A DNA stretch of 32,000 bases, taken from NCBI RefSeq assembly GCF_000022265.1, contig NC_011979.1:180001-212000 (forward strand). Reading direction: 5' to 3'. The position numbers and the translations under genes are program-made. Positions 7,689-16,488 of the stretch are shown in pieces. The stretch comes from Geotalea daltonii FRC-32 (GTDB lineage Bacteria; Desulfobacterota; Desulfuromonadia; Geobacterales; Geobacteraceae). Positions within the stretch are counted from its first letter, which is position 1. Every line of letters starts with the position of its first letter. The notes beneath the pieces are model-generated. The model was not told where the DNA came from, did not search any database, and was given only the letters and a program-made list of their open reading frames with translations.

Positions 7689-7865
7689 TCATCTCCGCCG
7701 GATGTCTCCTGGATTTGAGGTGCTTTTGGTTGTCTCACTGGTCGGTGTTGGTGAAAGGAGATATTTGTCATTTCCTATTTTTACGCTAGGCCAAGAACAA
7801 CCTGCGGCTGTGATTACACCTGATAGCAGAACAAATTTTACAAGGCATCGGAACAGGATTGACAT
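7689..7865 (-). CDS. Small lipoprotein candidate (58 aa; below the ORF-track length cutoff)
   Basis: My hand translation gives MSILFRCLVKFVLLSGVITAAGCSWPSVKIGNDKYLLSPTPTSETTKSTSNPGDIRRR*. Strong SD GGAGGAG lies 5 nt before the ATG. The signal peptide ends in the lipobox-like AAG|C. Confidence 0.45.
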   Translation of the reverse strand: MSILFRCLVKFVLLSGVITAAGCSWPSVKIGNDKYLLSPTPTSETTKSTSNPGDIRRR

Positions 7866-7976
7866 GTGGTCTCCTCCAGAAAAATTTATGATATTTTGCA
7901 GCGGCTATTTTATATTCCAACGGATCTGGCCCTGATCTCCCATTTAGAGCCCTTTGTTCTACAGAAATTGTTCACA

Positions 7977-8006
7977 TTCATACACCCCCGGAAGCGATAG
8001 TGTCAA
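7977..8006 (-). promoter_or_regulatory. Sigma-70-type promoter candidate upstream of the lipoprotein ORF
   Basis: Minus-strand TTGACA (8006-8001), 18-nt spacer, TATGAA (7982-7977). Confidence 0.3.
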
Positions 8007-8156
8007 GAAGTTCATTAGAGTAAGTTTTCATGCGGAATTGGGTGGATGGGGGAAAGCACGTTTTTGTCGTAACGTATCTCAATGGGTGGGGCAGGAAGGC
8101 GACAGGTTGCAGCAGTCGCCGTATATGTTGCTTAAAGCGGGGCCTTGGCAAAGGAT

Positions 8157-8190
8157 AGGGCAGGATTTTACAATCAATCCTGCCCTTTTT
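8157..8190. terminator. Hairpin downstream of actP, a possible bidirectional terminator
   Basis: 11-bp perfect stem AGGGCAGGATT / AATCCTGCCCT. A T5 run follows on the + strand. On the minus strand only a weak U-rich tail (CUAUCCUUUG) follows. Confidence 0.5.
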
Positions 8191-8212
8191 GCGATCAGAA
8201 TTACCTGTTCGT

Positions 8213-10180
8213 TCAGTGCTTGGCTGCTTTTGCCATGCCGTAACCTGTCGTCTGCCGGACAAAGAGCTCTTCGAACATTTCCTCCTCGCGCTTATTGCGG
8301 AAGAGCAGGGTGGCGGCGATAGTGACGAGGAAGCCGATCGGCACAGAAACGATGCCCGGGTTCTTCAGCGGGAACAGCGGCGCATCCAGTCCCACCAGCG
8401 AAGTGCCGTTTTTGTTCTGGGCATAGTCTGCACGGGCCTTTTCCAAGGTTTTCAGATCCTTTTCCGCAAGCACTACCCCCTCGGCCTGTTTTTTCTCCAG
8501 GGTGACGACGATCTTCTGGGCATCGGCGGCGATCTTTTTCGGATAGGTCATATTGGGCGACACCATCAATACCGCGATGGTGACGACCGTGCCGACCACC
8601 AGACCGGCGATGATGCCCGCCGAATTGAACCGTTTCCAGAACAGGGCGAAGAGCAGGACGGGAAAGTTGGCCGAGGCGACAACGGCCAGGGCCAGGCCCA
8701 CCAGCTGGGCGATGTTGAGATTCTCGCAGGCAATGCCGAGGACGATGGCAACGGCGCCGACAAAGAATGAAGCTATCCTGGCAACCTTTATCTGGGTTCC
8801 CTGATCGGCCTTGCCGCTTTTGATGACGTTCACATAGAGGTCATGGGCGATGGCCGCCGATGAGGCGAGAACCAGCCCCGAGACTACTGCCAGGATGGTG
8901 GCAAAGGCGACGGCACAGACAAAGGCCAGCAGCAGGTCGCCGGCGATGGTTCCGGCGCCGCCACCCACATACTGGGCAATCATCAACCCTGCCATATTCC
9001 CCCCCTTATCCAGTGCGGTTATCTGCTGGGGTGTAACGTAGAGAGCAGCGCCGAACCCCAGGAACGAAACCATGATCAGGAAGGCGCCGATGAGGAACAT
9101 GGAAACGACAACGCTCTTCCGTGCTTCCTTGGCGTTGGGGACGGTAAAAAAGCGCATCATGACATGGGGCAGTCCGGCTGCGCCCAATATCCAGGCCAGG
9201 CCAAGGGATATCTGGTCCAGCGGGTTTTTGAAGAACAGCCCCAGTTCCAGGAACCGCTGTCCGTAATCGAAACCGGGTTCGGCGGTGGCATGCTTCATTA
9301 CTCCACGCACGTGGTCCTGAATGGCCTGGCTTGCGGCGACACTGTCGAAGAAAGTCAGCAGGTTGAAGCCGGATTTCCAGAGTATGGCACCGCTCAGGAT
9401 GGTACCGGTGAACATGAGGAGTCCGGCTTTGATGATCTGCACCCAGGTGGTGGCCTTCATTCCTCCCAGAGCCACATAGACGATGATCAGGGCGCCGACG
9501 CCGATGATTGAAGCCTTGTAGGGGATGCCGAGCAGCAGTTGCATCAGTTTTCCCGCCCCCACCATCTGCCCCAGCAGGTAGAAAATGGAAACGACGACTG
9601 CGGAAAGGGAAGCGACGGCACGAACTGCCTTGGATGAGGAGCGGAAGGCAAGGATGTCTCCCAGGGTATACTTGCCGGCATTGCGGCACGGTTCGGCAAT
9701 GATGAGCAGGATGGTTAGGAAGCTGATGATGATCCCCACCGAGTACATGAAGCCGTCGGGGCCAAAGAGGGACATGAGCCCGGTAATCCCCAGGAAGGTG
9801 GCGGCCGAGAGGAAATCCCCGGCAATGGCCCAGCCGTTCTGCATCCCCGAGATGCCTCCCCCCGCAGCATAATAGTCGGCAGCGGTGCTAGTGCTCTTCG
9901 ATGCCCAGACGACAATCCCTGCCGTAGCGGCGATGATCAGCAGGAACATGCTGATGGTGAATCCACGGTTGGTCTGCATCTTTTTCGGCATGGGGGCCGG
10001 GCTTTTGGTGGCCGTGGTAGGGGGATTGGCACTTGGGGCGGCTGGCGAAAGGGCATTCGGCGCAGCTTGGGCAGAAATGGCAGCTCCGGTACCAGCGCCG
10101 GGTTTTGTCGGCGGTTCTGCAGCAAAGGCCAGGGGACCGAAAGCAAGAGCGAAGATAACACCAAGAAATACGTTTCTCAT
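8213..10180 (-). CDS. actP: Cation/acetate symporter (SSF family, ActP-like)
   Basis: YYAAGGGISGMQNGWAIAGDFLSAATFLGITG resembles the E. coli ActP N-terminal core. Many TM segments. ATGA overlap with the upstream DUF485 gene, as in yjcH-actP. It carries an Ala/Pro-rich N-terminal extension after a signal-like peptide. Confidence 0.9.
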   Translation of the reverse strand: MRNVFLGVIFALAFGPLAFAAEPPTKPGAGTGAAISAQAAPNALSPAAPSANPPTTATKSPAPMPKKMQTNRGFTISMFLLIIAATAGIVVWASKSTSTAADYYAAGGGISGMQNGWAIAGDFLSAATFLGITGLMSLFGPDGFMYSVGIIISFLTILLIIAEPCRNAGKYTLGDILAFRSSSKAVRAVASLSAVVVSIFYLLGQMVGAGKLMQLLLGIPYKASIIGVGALIIVYVALGGMKATTWVQIIKAGLLMFTGTILSGAILWKSGFNLLTFFDSVAASQAIQDHVRGVMKHATAEPGFDYGQRFLELGLFFKNPLDQISLGLAWILGAAGLPHVMMRFFTVPNAKEARKSVVVSMFLIGAFLIMVSFLGFGAALYVTPQQITALDKGGNMAGLMIAQYVGGGAGTIAGDLLLAFVCAVAFATILAVVSGLVLASSAAIAHDLYVNVIKSGKADQGTQIKVARIASFFVGAVAIVLGIACENLNIAQLVGLALAVVASANFPVLLFALFWKRFNSAGIIAGLVVGTVVTIAVLMVSPNMTYPKKIAADAQKIVVTLEKKQAEGVVLAEKDLKTLEKARADYAQNKNGTSLVGLDAPLFPLKNPGIVSVPIGFLVTIAATLLFRNKREEEMFEELFVRQTTGYGMAKAAKH

Positions 10181-10500
10181 TGGCCTTCCTCCTTGCTGAT
10201 CAGCTCCAGCAGCTCTTTGGTAAGGGGGTCAAATTCATTGTTGGATTTGCGGGTGTAGTAAATGGCGATGCCCCAGGCCAGCACGAACTGAAAGAGGCAA
10301 AACAGATAACCGAAATTGAGTCTGCCGATGATCCTGGTGTTGAAGAGTCCGGGTGCAGATATCGCACCGATCAGGACAAGGAAATACGAGGCCGCGCCCA
10401 CCAGCCACAAGCCCACTAGAAACCGCATCTTTGCCCGGTGCAATTCCACGAATTTCGGATGGTTGGCTACTGCTGCCCAATTTATTTTCATTTCCGTCAC
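10177..10500 (-). CDS. yjcH: DUF485 inner-membrane protein (YjcH-like partner of ActP)
   Basis: Two-TM ~100-aa protein with the ...YYTRKSNNEFDPL motif. Translationally coupled to actP. GTG start with GGAGGA SD. Confidence 0.85.
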   Translation of the reverse strand: MTEMKINWAAVANHPKFVELHRAKMRFLVGLWLVGAASYFLVLIGAISAPGLFNTRIIGRLNFGYLFCLFQFVLAWGIAIYYTRKSNNEFDPLTKELLELISKEEGQ

Positions 10501-10609
10501 GTCATCCTCCTTGTTGTTACCTGCATCCCGCTGTTAAAATTGCGTCCGATTGTCCCCTGGTTCCGAAAGCACAACACCTCCTTCTTCGTAGTTTTAATAT
10601 GTTCATCCC

Positions 10610-10779
10610 GGCAGTCGCGACATCGTCCGTTCGCTCTGTCGCCACAGCTGCGGACCCTGCTGTACCGCCCGTGTAATGGTGCACGATGCTTGAATTGGCC
10701 GGTTGCTTCTCCGTTCCACATGGGGCGGGTGTCCGCTCGCCGCTGTAGCTCGTCGCTCTCTCCTGATGCCACGACTGCC
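10610..10779 (-). repeat. Structured intergenic repeat, family A, copy A1
   Basis: Conserved arms ...CGTCCGTTCGCTCTGTCGCCACAGCTGCGGACC... and ...GGCGGGTGTCCGCTCGCCGCTGTAGCTCG.... The 16-nt terminal segments are inverted repeats. Lies between panE-like and yjcH. Confidence 0.8.
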
Positions 10780-10841
10780 TTTTCGGGGGAGGTGTCTGAG
10801 GAACCTTTTAAAGCCTCGAAATTCGTCGGCGGCATCTTCAA

Positions 10842-11774
10842 TTACCTTGATTCGAGGGCCTTTACCAGCCCGCGGATCATGGTGTTGTAGGGGGTAGCCA
10901 TGCCGGCCTGGGCGCCGTATTCCACGATCTTGCCGTTGATGTAATCCACTTCAGTTCTGCGCCCGGCTTCGATGTCCTGGAGCATGGAAGGCTTATGGTT
11001 GCCGGCGTTCTTTATGTAGTTGACGCAGTAAGGATAGAAGTCTGAACCAAGAACGAATTCGTTGGCCCTGGCCACGGCTACCCCCTCCTTGATCAGGGAG
11101 TCGACCAGGTTGAAAAGGATCGGGTCGATGATGATCTCGATCATGGTCTTGCCGGTGACGGCGCAGATGGCGTTCATGCATGAGTTCATCACCGACTTGC
11201 GCCAGACCATGTCGGTGATGCGGTCGGTGTGACGGGTCTCCAGCCCGCAGTTGGTCAGGGCATCACAGATACCGATGGCCGCGTCCCTGGAATCGGGGTC
11301 CAATTCCTGGAGAAAGTGGGGCCGGTGATGGAAGGCTATTCGCACGTGGGCAGGGCTCAAAGGCACGCAACCGTAATTGACCACCGCCCGCATCACCGAT
11401 TTCCTGCCCAGGTGCTGGGCCAGGTCCAGTTCGGTATCGATGCCGTTTTGCCAGCTGACCACGTAGCGCCCTTCGCCGACAAAGTTTTCCAAGGCGGAGG
11501 CGATCAGAGGGATGGCGGTGGCCTTGACGGTGACGAAAATGACATCGGGTAGGTCGTTGACGATGTCATCAACACTGGTGGTAACCTTAGTTACTCTGGC
11601 TTGCAGCGAATCAACCCCTTCGATGATGATCCCTGGATTCAGGGCAGGTTCCAGGAGGCTCGACACAACGTCGCAGAGGGTGACCTCGTATCCCCCCTTG
11701 GCCAGGAACGCGGCAACGATAGCCCCTACGGGCCCTGCGCCGATGACGGCGAATTTTTTTGGCGAATAATTCAT
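10842..11774 (-). CDS. 2-dehydropantoate 2-reductase family protein (PanE/ApbA fold), possibly a 2-ketoacid/2-hydroxyacid reductase
   Basis: N-terminal Rossmann motif FAVIGAGPVGAIVAAFLAKGG. C-terminal KPSMLQDIEAGRRTEVDYING block typical of ketopantoate reductase family proteins. Confidence 0.85.
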   Translation of the reverse strand: MNYSPKKFAVIGAGPVGAIVAAFLAKGGYEVTLCDVVSSLLEPALNPGIIIEGVDSLQARVTKVTTSVDDIVNDLPDVIFVTVKATAIPLIASALENFVGEGRYVVSWQNGIDTELDLAQHLGRKSVMRAVVNYGCVPLSPAHVRIAFHHRPHFLQELDPDSRDAAIGICDALTNCGLETRHTDRITDMVWRKSVMNSCMNAICAVTGKTMIEIIIDPILFNLVDSLIKEGVAVARANEFVLGSDFYPYCVNYIKNAGNHKPSMLQDIEAGRRTEVDYINGKIVEYGAQAGMATPYNTMIRGLVKALESR

Positions 11775-11806
11775 GGGCGTAACTCCTTGGATGGATAAAG
11801 CGGTAG

Positions 11807-12265
11807 CTATACCGGGCGGGGACTTTCCACCATGCCGAAAGCCTCCGCATCGAGGATCTTGATGCCATTGTCCAGCATCAGTTCGATTGCCCGGTCGTTG
11901 TCGCTGAAGCGGAAGATCATCACTGCCTTGCCGGATGAAGGGCCGGTCCCGGCCAGGGCGTACATGTATTCCACGTTGACCTGGTAATCGAGAAAGAGCC
12001 TGAGCACATTATTGGCCAGGCTGCCGGGGGTATCATCAACCTCGATGGCAACGACATCGTCAACCCGCGCCGGCAGCTGCTTCTCCATGATCACCCGGCG
12101 GGCCTTGACCACATCGGAGACGAGGATGCGCAGCACGCCGAAGCCCGCAGTGTCGCAGATGCTGAGGGACTTCAGGTTGAGCCCTGCATCCCCCAGGGCT
12201 TTCGTCGCCTCATAGAGGCGGCCGGGAGAGTTTTCAAGAAAGACGGACAGTTGTTTCAGTTTCAT
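11807..12265 (-). CDS. ACT-domain protein (tandem ACT)
   Basis: QLSVFLENSPGRLYEATKALGDAGLNLKSLS and a second ACT-like half. This small protein commonly accompanies paaK-iorAB clusters. Confidence 0.8.
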   Translation of the reverse strand: MKLKQLSVFLENSPGRLYEATKALGDAGLNLKSLSICDTAGFGVLRILVSDVVKARRVIMEKQLPARVDDVVAIEVDDTPGSLANNVLRLFLDYQVNVEYMYALAGTGPSSGKAVMIFRFSDNDRAIELMLDNGIKILDAEAFGMVESPRPV

Positions 12266-12308
12266 GGGATCTCCCTTCTTATGTGTTTCATCGGACGGTT
12301 AAGTGAAC

Positions 12309-12479
12309 GACTGCCGCGACTTCGTCCGTTCGCTCGGTCGCCACAGCTGCGGACCTTGCACTGTTTGTTAATCTCCCCACTGGAGGATCAGCTTCCATGC
12401 GCTGGTGCCTTGTTCAGCTTCTGGCGGGTGTCCGCTCGCCGCTGCGGCTCTGTCACTCACTCCCGAAGCCGCGGCAGTC
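12309..12479 (-). repeat. Family A repeat, copy A2
   Basis: Same internal arms as A1. The terminal stem GACTGCCGCGACTTCG / CGAAGCCGCGGCAGTC pairs at 15 of 16 positions. Lies between iorB and the ACT gene. Confidence 0.8.
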
Positions 12480-12486
12480 AAATTGC

Positions 12487-13062
12487 TCAAGCTGCCTCAG
12501 CTCCGCCGCGAAGGGCGGCCAGATTGACTTCGACTCCCTTGTCCCGCGAGATTTCCCGGACCACTCCTTCGACGACAGTGGCATCGATGGGGAGCCCCTT
12601 CATCACCGAACCGACCATGACCATGTTGACCGCCTTGGCGTTGCCCGCTTCTTTGGCAATCTGCAGGGCGTCGATGCCGTGGGCTTCAGGGCAGCCCTTG
12701 GCTATTTGCGCCTCCACGTCGGTGGGGTAGGTGGCCAGCCCCGAAGCAACCGTGCTGGGGTTGATGGTGACGTTGTTGTAGACCAGCTTGCCTTTCGGCT
12801 TGAGGTAGTGCAGGTAGCGAAGGGCCTCAAGGGGCTCGAAGGAGATGAGGATATCGGCGGTACCGGGCATGACGACCGGGGAATGGACCTTGTCGCCGAT
12901 GCGGACGAAGGAGATGACGCTCCCTCCCCGCTGGGCCATGCCGTGAACCTCGTTCTGTTTCACATCCATACTGCTGGCCAGGGCGCTTTCTGCCAATACC
13001 CTGGAGGCCATGAGCACCCCCTGGCCCCCCACTCCGGCGATGACGATGTTAAATACTTTCAT
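12487..13062 (-). CDS. iorB: Indolepyruvate:ferredoxin oxidoreductase, beta subunit
   Basis: NIVIAGVGGQGVL motif and ~190 aa. Overlaps the iorA 3' end by 14 nt. Confidence 0.9.
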   Translation of the reverse strand: MKVFNIVIAGVGGQGVLMASRVLAESALASSMDVKQNEVHGMAQRGGSVISFVRIGDKVHSPVVMPGTADILISFEPLEALRYLHYLKPKGKLVYNNVTINPSTVASGLATYPTDVEAQIAKGCPEAHGIDALQIAKEAGNAKAVNMVMVGSVMKGLPIDATVVEGVVREISRDKGVEVNLAALRGGAEAA

Positions 13063-14821
13063 TGTTTCCTCCGGTCCCGACCACCGTCATGGCGTCGAAT
13101 TTACATTGCTGGGAGCAGACACCGCAGCCGTTGCAGATATTGGGGTCAATGGCGACCTTCGGCTTGTCGCCGGCAGCGGTCAGTCCCAGGGCGACGCACG
13201 AGACCTTGAGGCAGGCGCGACAACCGGTGCATTTTTCAGCAGAAACTGCCACCAGCGGCTTTTTCACCCGGTAGCGGAGGATGCAGGGATTTTTGTCCAC
13301 CAGGACATATGGCCCTGGAGTTTCCAATCCCTTCCTGATGGCGGCCTCGGTTGCCTGCAGATCATAGGAGTTGATCTCCACCACGTTGTCGATTCCCAGC
13401 ACCTTGACCAGATCCACCATGTCCACCTGTTTGGCCGCTTCCCCCTGGAGCAGCCTGCCGGAGCCGGGGTTTTCCTGGCCGCCGGTCATGCCGGTGGTGC
13501 GGTTGTCCATGATGATCACCAGGGCGTTGCCGCTGTTGTAGACCATGCTCAACAGGCCGGTGATGCCCGAGTGGAAGAAGGTGGAGTCGCCGATGACGGC
13601 CACCGGTTTTTCGGATCTGCCGGCAATCTCGTTGACCTTGGCCATGCCATGGGCGGCGCTGATGCTGGCCCCCATGCAGATGCAGGTATGCATGGCGCTC
13701 AGGGGGGGAAGAGCGCCCAGGGTGTAGCAGCCGATATCGCCGGAGACAAAGACCTTCAGCTTGCTAAGGATCGAATAGAGCCCGCGGTGGGCACAACCGG
13801 GGCAGAAGGTGGGGGGGCGCTGGGGGAGGTTCTCCACAGGGGCCGTGCTCACCGTAGTAACCACGGCCCCTGCCGCGGCCCGAATAAGGTCGGCATTAAC
13901 CTCGCCGCACAGGGAGATCCGATCCTTGCCCACATGGACCTCGATCCCCATGGCCCGGATCTGCTCCTCGAAGATGGCGTCCATCTCCTCGACGATCATC
14001 AGGCGACCGACCTGGCCGGCAAACTCCCGGATCTTCTTTTCCGGCAGCGGATGAACCAGCCCCAGTTTAAGGATGGAGGCGTTGGGAAAAGCCTCCTTCA
14101 CATGCTGGTAGGAAATGCCGGAGGTAATGATACCCAGTTCCGGATCCCCCATCTCCACCCGGTTGAGTGGCGTTGTCTCGGCATATGCCTGCAGCCTGAG
14201 CAGGCGCGCCTCCACTTCCACATGCTTGATCTTGCCGAAGTTGGGGAGCATGACGTATTTGGGGACATTTTTCACCCATTCGCCGACCTTCGGTTCGATT
14301 GCGCCTTTCGCTTCCACAATCCCCTTGGCATGGGAGATCCGGGTGGTGGTGCGCAGCATCACCGGCGTGTCGAACTGCTCGGAGAGCTCGAAGCCTGCCC
14401 GGACGAAATCATAGGCCTCCTGGGAGTCTGCAGGATCCAGCATCGGCACCTTGGCGAACTTCGCATAGTTCCTGCTGTCCTGCTCGTTCTGGGATGAGTG
14501 CATCCCCGGATCGTCGGCGGCCATCAGAATCAGCCCGGCATTGACACCGGTGTAAGTAAGGGTCATCAGCGCATCGGCGGCCACGTTGACCCCAACATGC
14601 TTCATGGTGGCCAGGGACCTGCCGCCGGCAAGTGATGCGCCGATGGCCGATTCGAGCCCGACCTTTTCATTGGGCGCCCACTCGCAGTAAACCTTGCCCA
14701 GGCGGGCCACCTCTTCCAGGGTCTCAGTGCTGGGCGTTCCCGGATAGCCGGAGGCGAAGATCCCGCCCGAATCCTGAAAGCTCAAGGCAATGGCTTCATT
14801 GCCGGAAATTATTTTCTTCAT
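13049..14821 (-). CDS. iorA: Indolepyruvate:ferredoxin oxidoreductase, alpha subunit (TPP- and 2x[4Fe-4S]-binding)
   Basis: MKKIISGNEAIA...GYPGTPSTE N-terminus. TPP region GDSTFFHSG. C-terminal ferredoxin motifs CTGCRAC...C and CNGCGVCSQQC. Confidence 0.9.
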   Translation of the reverse strand: MKKIISGNEAIALSFQDSGGIFASGYPGTPSTETLEEVARLGKVYCEWAPNEKVGLESAIGASLAGGRSLATMKHVGVNVAADALMTLTYTGVNAGLILMAADDPGMHSSQNEQDSRNYAKFAKVPMLDPADSQEAYDFVRAGFELSEQFDTPVMLRTTTRISHAKGIVEAKGAIEPKVGEWVKNVPKYVMLPNFGKIKHVEVEARLLRLQAYAETTPLNRVEMGDPELGIITSGISYQHVKEAFPNASILKLGLVHPLPEKKIREFAGQVGRLMIVEEMDAIFEEQIRAMGIEVHVGKDRISLCGEVNADLIRAAAGAVVTTVSTAPVENLPQRPPTFCPGCAHRGLYSILSKLKVFVSGDIGCYTLGALPPLSAMHTCICMGASISAAHGMAKVNEIAGRSEKPVAVIGDSTFFHSGITGLLSMVYNSGNALVIIMDNRTTGMTGGQENPGSGRLLQGEAAKQVDMVDLVKVLGIDNVVEINSYDLQATEAAIRKGLETPGPYVLVDKNPCILRYRVKKPLVAVSAEKCTGCRACLKVSCVALGLTAAGDKPKVAIDPNICNGCGVCSQQCKFDAMTVVGTGGNNESI

Positions 14822-14894
14822 GGACGCATATCCTTTCTGTGGCGTTCGGCCCCCTCAATGGGAAAGCCGAGGAAATGGAGTTCCGGTGATCTGA

Positions 14895-16238
14895 TCATTT
14901 CGGTCTGTTGTCTATGAACCGCTTGGCTTTGCCTTCACTGCGCGGGATGGTTCCGGGAGGCATCAGGGTAACCTTGACGGTGATGCCGACCACGTCCTTG
15001 ATGTCCCGCACCAGATTTTTGACGATATCCCGGGTTGCCCGGTCGTCGCTGACCCGCTGGTTTTGGCTGACCGTCATGGTCTCCGCCACATACTTGTAGG
15101 CATGCTGGTCCGTTACCTCGATCCTGACTTCAACCTCGTCCAGAGCCCCATTACGCTCAACGACAACCAGGTAATGGGGGGTGACACCAGGGTGCTTGAG
15201 GATTATCGATTCTATCTGGGACGGGAAAAAGTTGACCCCCCGGATAATCAACAGGTCGTCGGTGCGGCCGACCAGCTTTTTCATCTTGACCAGGGTACGG
15301 CCACAGGCACAAGACTCCTGGCTGAGGCTCGTCAGGTCGCGGGTCCGGTAGCGAAAGAGGGGCTGTCCCTCATTGGCGATGGTAGTGAAGACCAGCTCCC
15401 CCTCTTCGCCCAGGGGCAACACTTCCCCGGTCTCCGGGTTAATGATTTCGGGGTAGAAATAATCCTCATTGATATGAAGACCGTTGCGGGCTTCGTGACA
15501 TTCGCAGGCCACACCCGGCCCGATGATCTCGGACAGCCCGTAAATATCACAGGCCTTGATGCCGAAATCCTCCTGAATCTTGCCGCGCATGGAGTCGGTC
15601 CAGAATTCAGCCCCCAAGACGGCGGTACGCAGCTTGAGCTTTCTGAAATCAATTCCCATCTCGGTTCCCACTTCCTGGACATGCATGAGAAAGGAGGGGG
15701 TAACCGTCAAGGCGGTGGTGCCGAAATCCTGCATGAGCATGATCTGCTTTTGGGTGTTGCCACCGGAGATGGGTATGACGGCAGCTCCGATCTTGATGCC
15801 TCCGTAATGGGCTCCCAGTCCGCCGGTAAAAAGGCCGTAACCATAGATATTCTGCAGGACATCGTTCTTGGTTATACCGGCACTTGTCAGGCAGCGGGCC
15901 ATGACTTCGGACCAGGTATCCAGATCATTGCGGGTGTAGCCGACAATGATCGGTTTGCCGGTGGTTCCCGAAGTGGCATGGTATTCGACAACGTCCTCCT
16001 GTTTGGCGGTGAAGAGGTTGAATGGGTAGTTGTCGCGGATATCATCCTTGACGGTAAAAGGGAGTCTCCTGATATCGTCCAGGGTTTTGATCTGGGCGGG
16101 TTTCACTCCGTTTTCGTCGAGTCTTTTCCGGTAAACCGGATTATTGTCATAGACACGGCTGACAGTTTGCTGCAGCCGCCCCAGCTGAATACTCTTCATT
16201 TCGTTACGACTGCTGGTCTCAACATGGTTCCAGATCAT
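14895..16238 (-). CDS. paaK: Phenylacetate-CoA ligase family (AMP-forming aryl/acyl-CoA ligase)
   Basis: MIWN...LQLGRLQQTVSRVY N-terminus typical of PaaK. AMP-binding motif HATSGTTGKP. Confidence 0.9.
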   Translation of the reverse strand: MIWNHVETSSRNEMKSIQLGRLQQTVSRVYDNNPVYRKRLDENGVKPAQIKTLDDIRRLPFTVKDDIRDNYPFNLFTAKQEDVVEYHATSGTTGKPIIVGYTRNDLDTWSEVMARCLTSAGITKNDVLQNIYGYGLFTGGLGAHYGGIKIGAAVIPISGGNTQKQIMLMQDFGTTALTVTPSFLMHVQEVGTEMGIDFRKLKLRTAVLGAEFWTDSMRGKIQEDFGIKACDIYGLSEIIGPGVACECHEARNGLHINEDYFYPEIINPETGEVLPLGEEGELVFTTIANEGQPLFRYRTRDLTSLSQESCACGRTLVKMKKLVGRTDDLLIIRGVNFFPSQIESIILKHPGVTPHYLVVVERNGALDEVEVRIEVTDQHAYKYVAETMTVSQNQRVSDDRATRDIVKNLVRDIKDVVGITVKVTLMPPGTIPRSEGKAKRFIDNRPK

Positions 16239-16303
16239 GGTCTCACCCTCGTTTCTTGTGTGGGATCAATGCTAGGGTACGGCATAGTTTCCGCCGCCGT
16301 GGC

Positions 16304-16474
16304 CGCTGCCGCGACTTCGTCTGCTCGTTCGGTCGCCCCGGCTGCGGACCTTGCGCCGTCTTTCTATTTAATGGCTTAATGAGCTAGCTTCTGCCCGGTA
16401 TGCTCCGTTCTGCCTTCGGCGGGTGTCCGCTCGCTGCTGCGGCTCGGTCACTTACTCCCGAAGCCACGTCATCG
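16304..16474 (-). repeat. Family A repeat, copy A3 (most degenerate)
   Basis: Arms ...GCGACTTCGTCTGCTCGTTCGGTCGCCCCGGCTGCGGACC... and ...GGCGGGTGTCCGCTCGCTGCTGCGGCTCGG...CCCGAAGCCAC. Lies between hbd1 and paaK. Confidence 0.7.
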
Positions 16475-16488
16475 GCAACTGATGCAGC

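Noticed and set aside
8213-10180. The ActP N-terminal signal-like peptide plus Ala/Pro-rich linker as a novel fusion.
   Set aside because: E. coli ActP also begins with a signal-like hydrophobic segment. The extra low-complexity linker is a modest elaboration. The ATGA coupling to yjcH supports the annotated start, so I do not treat it as a new domain.
10501-10609. A sigma-54 promoter upstream of yjcH-actP (minus-strand GGACAATCGGACGCA).
   Set aside because: GG-N10-GC spacing is present, but the -24 (GGAC) and -12 (ACGCA) elements deviate from TGGCAC/TTGCW at key positions. This is too weak to report.
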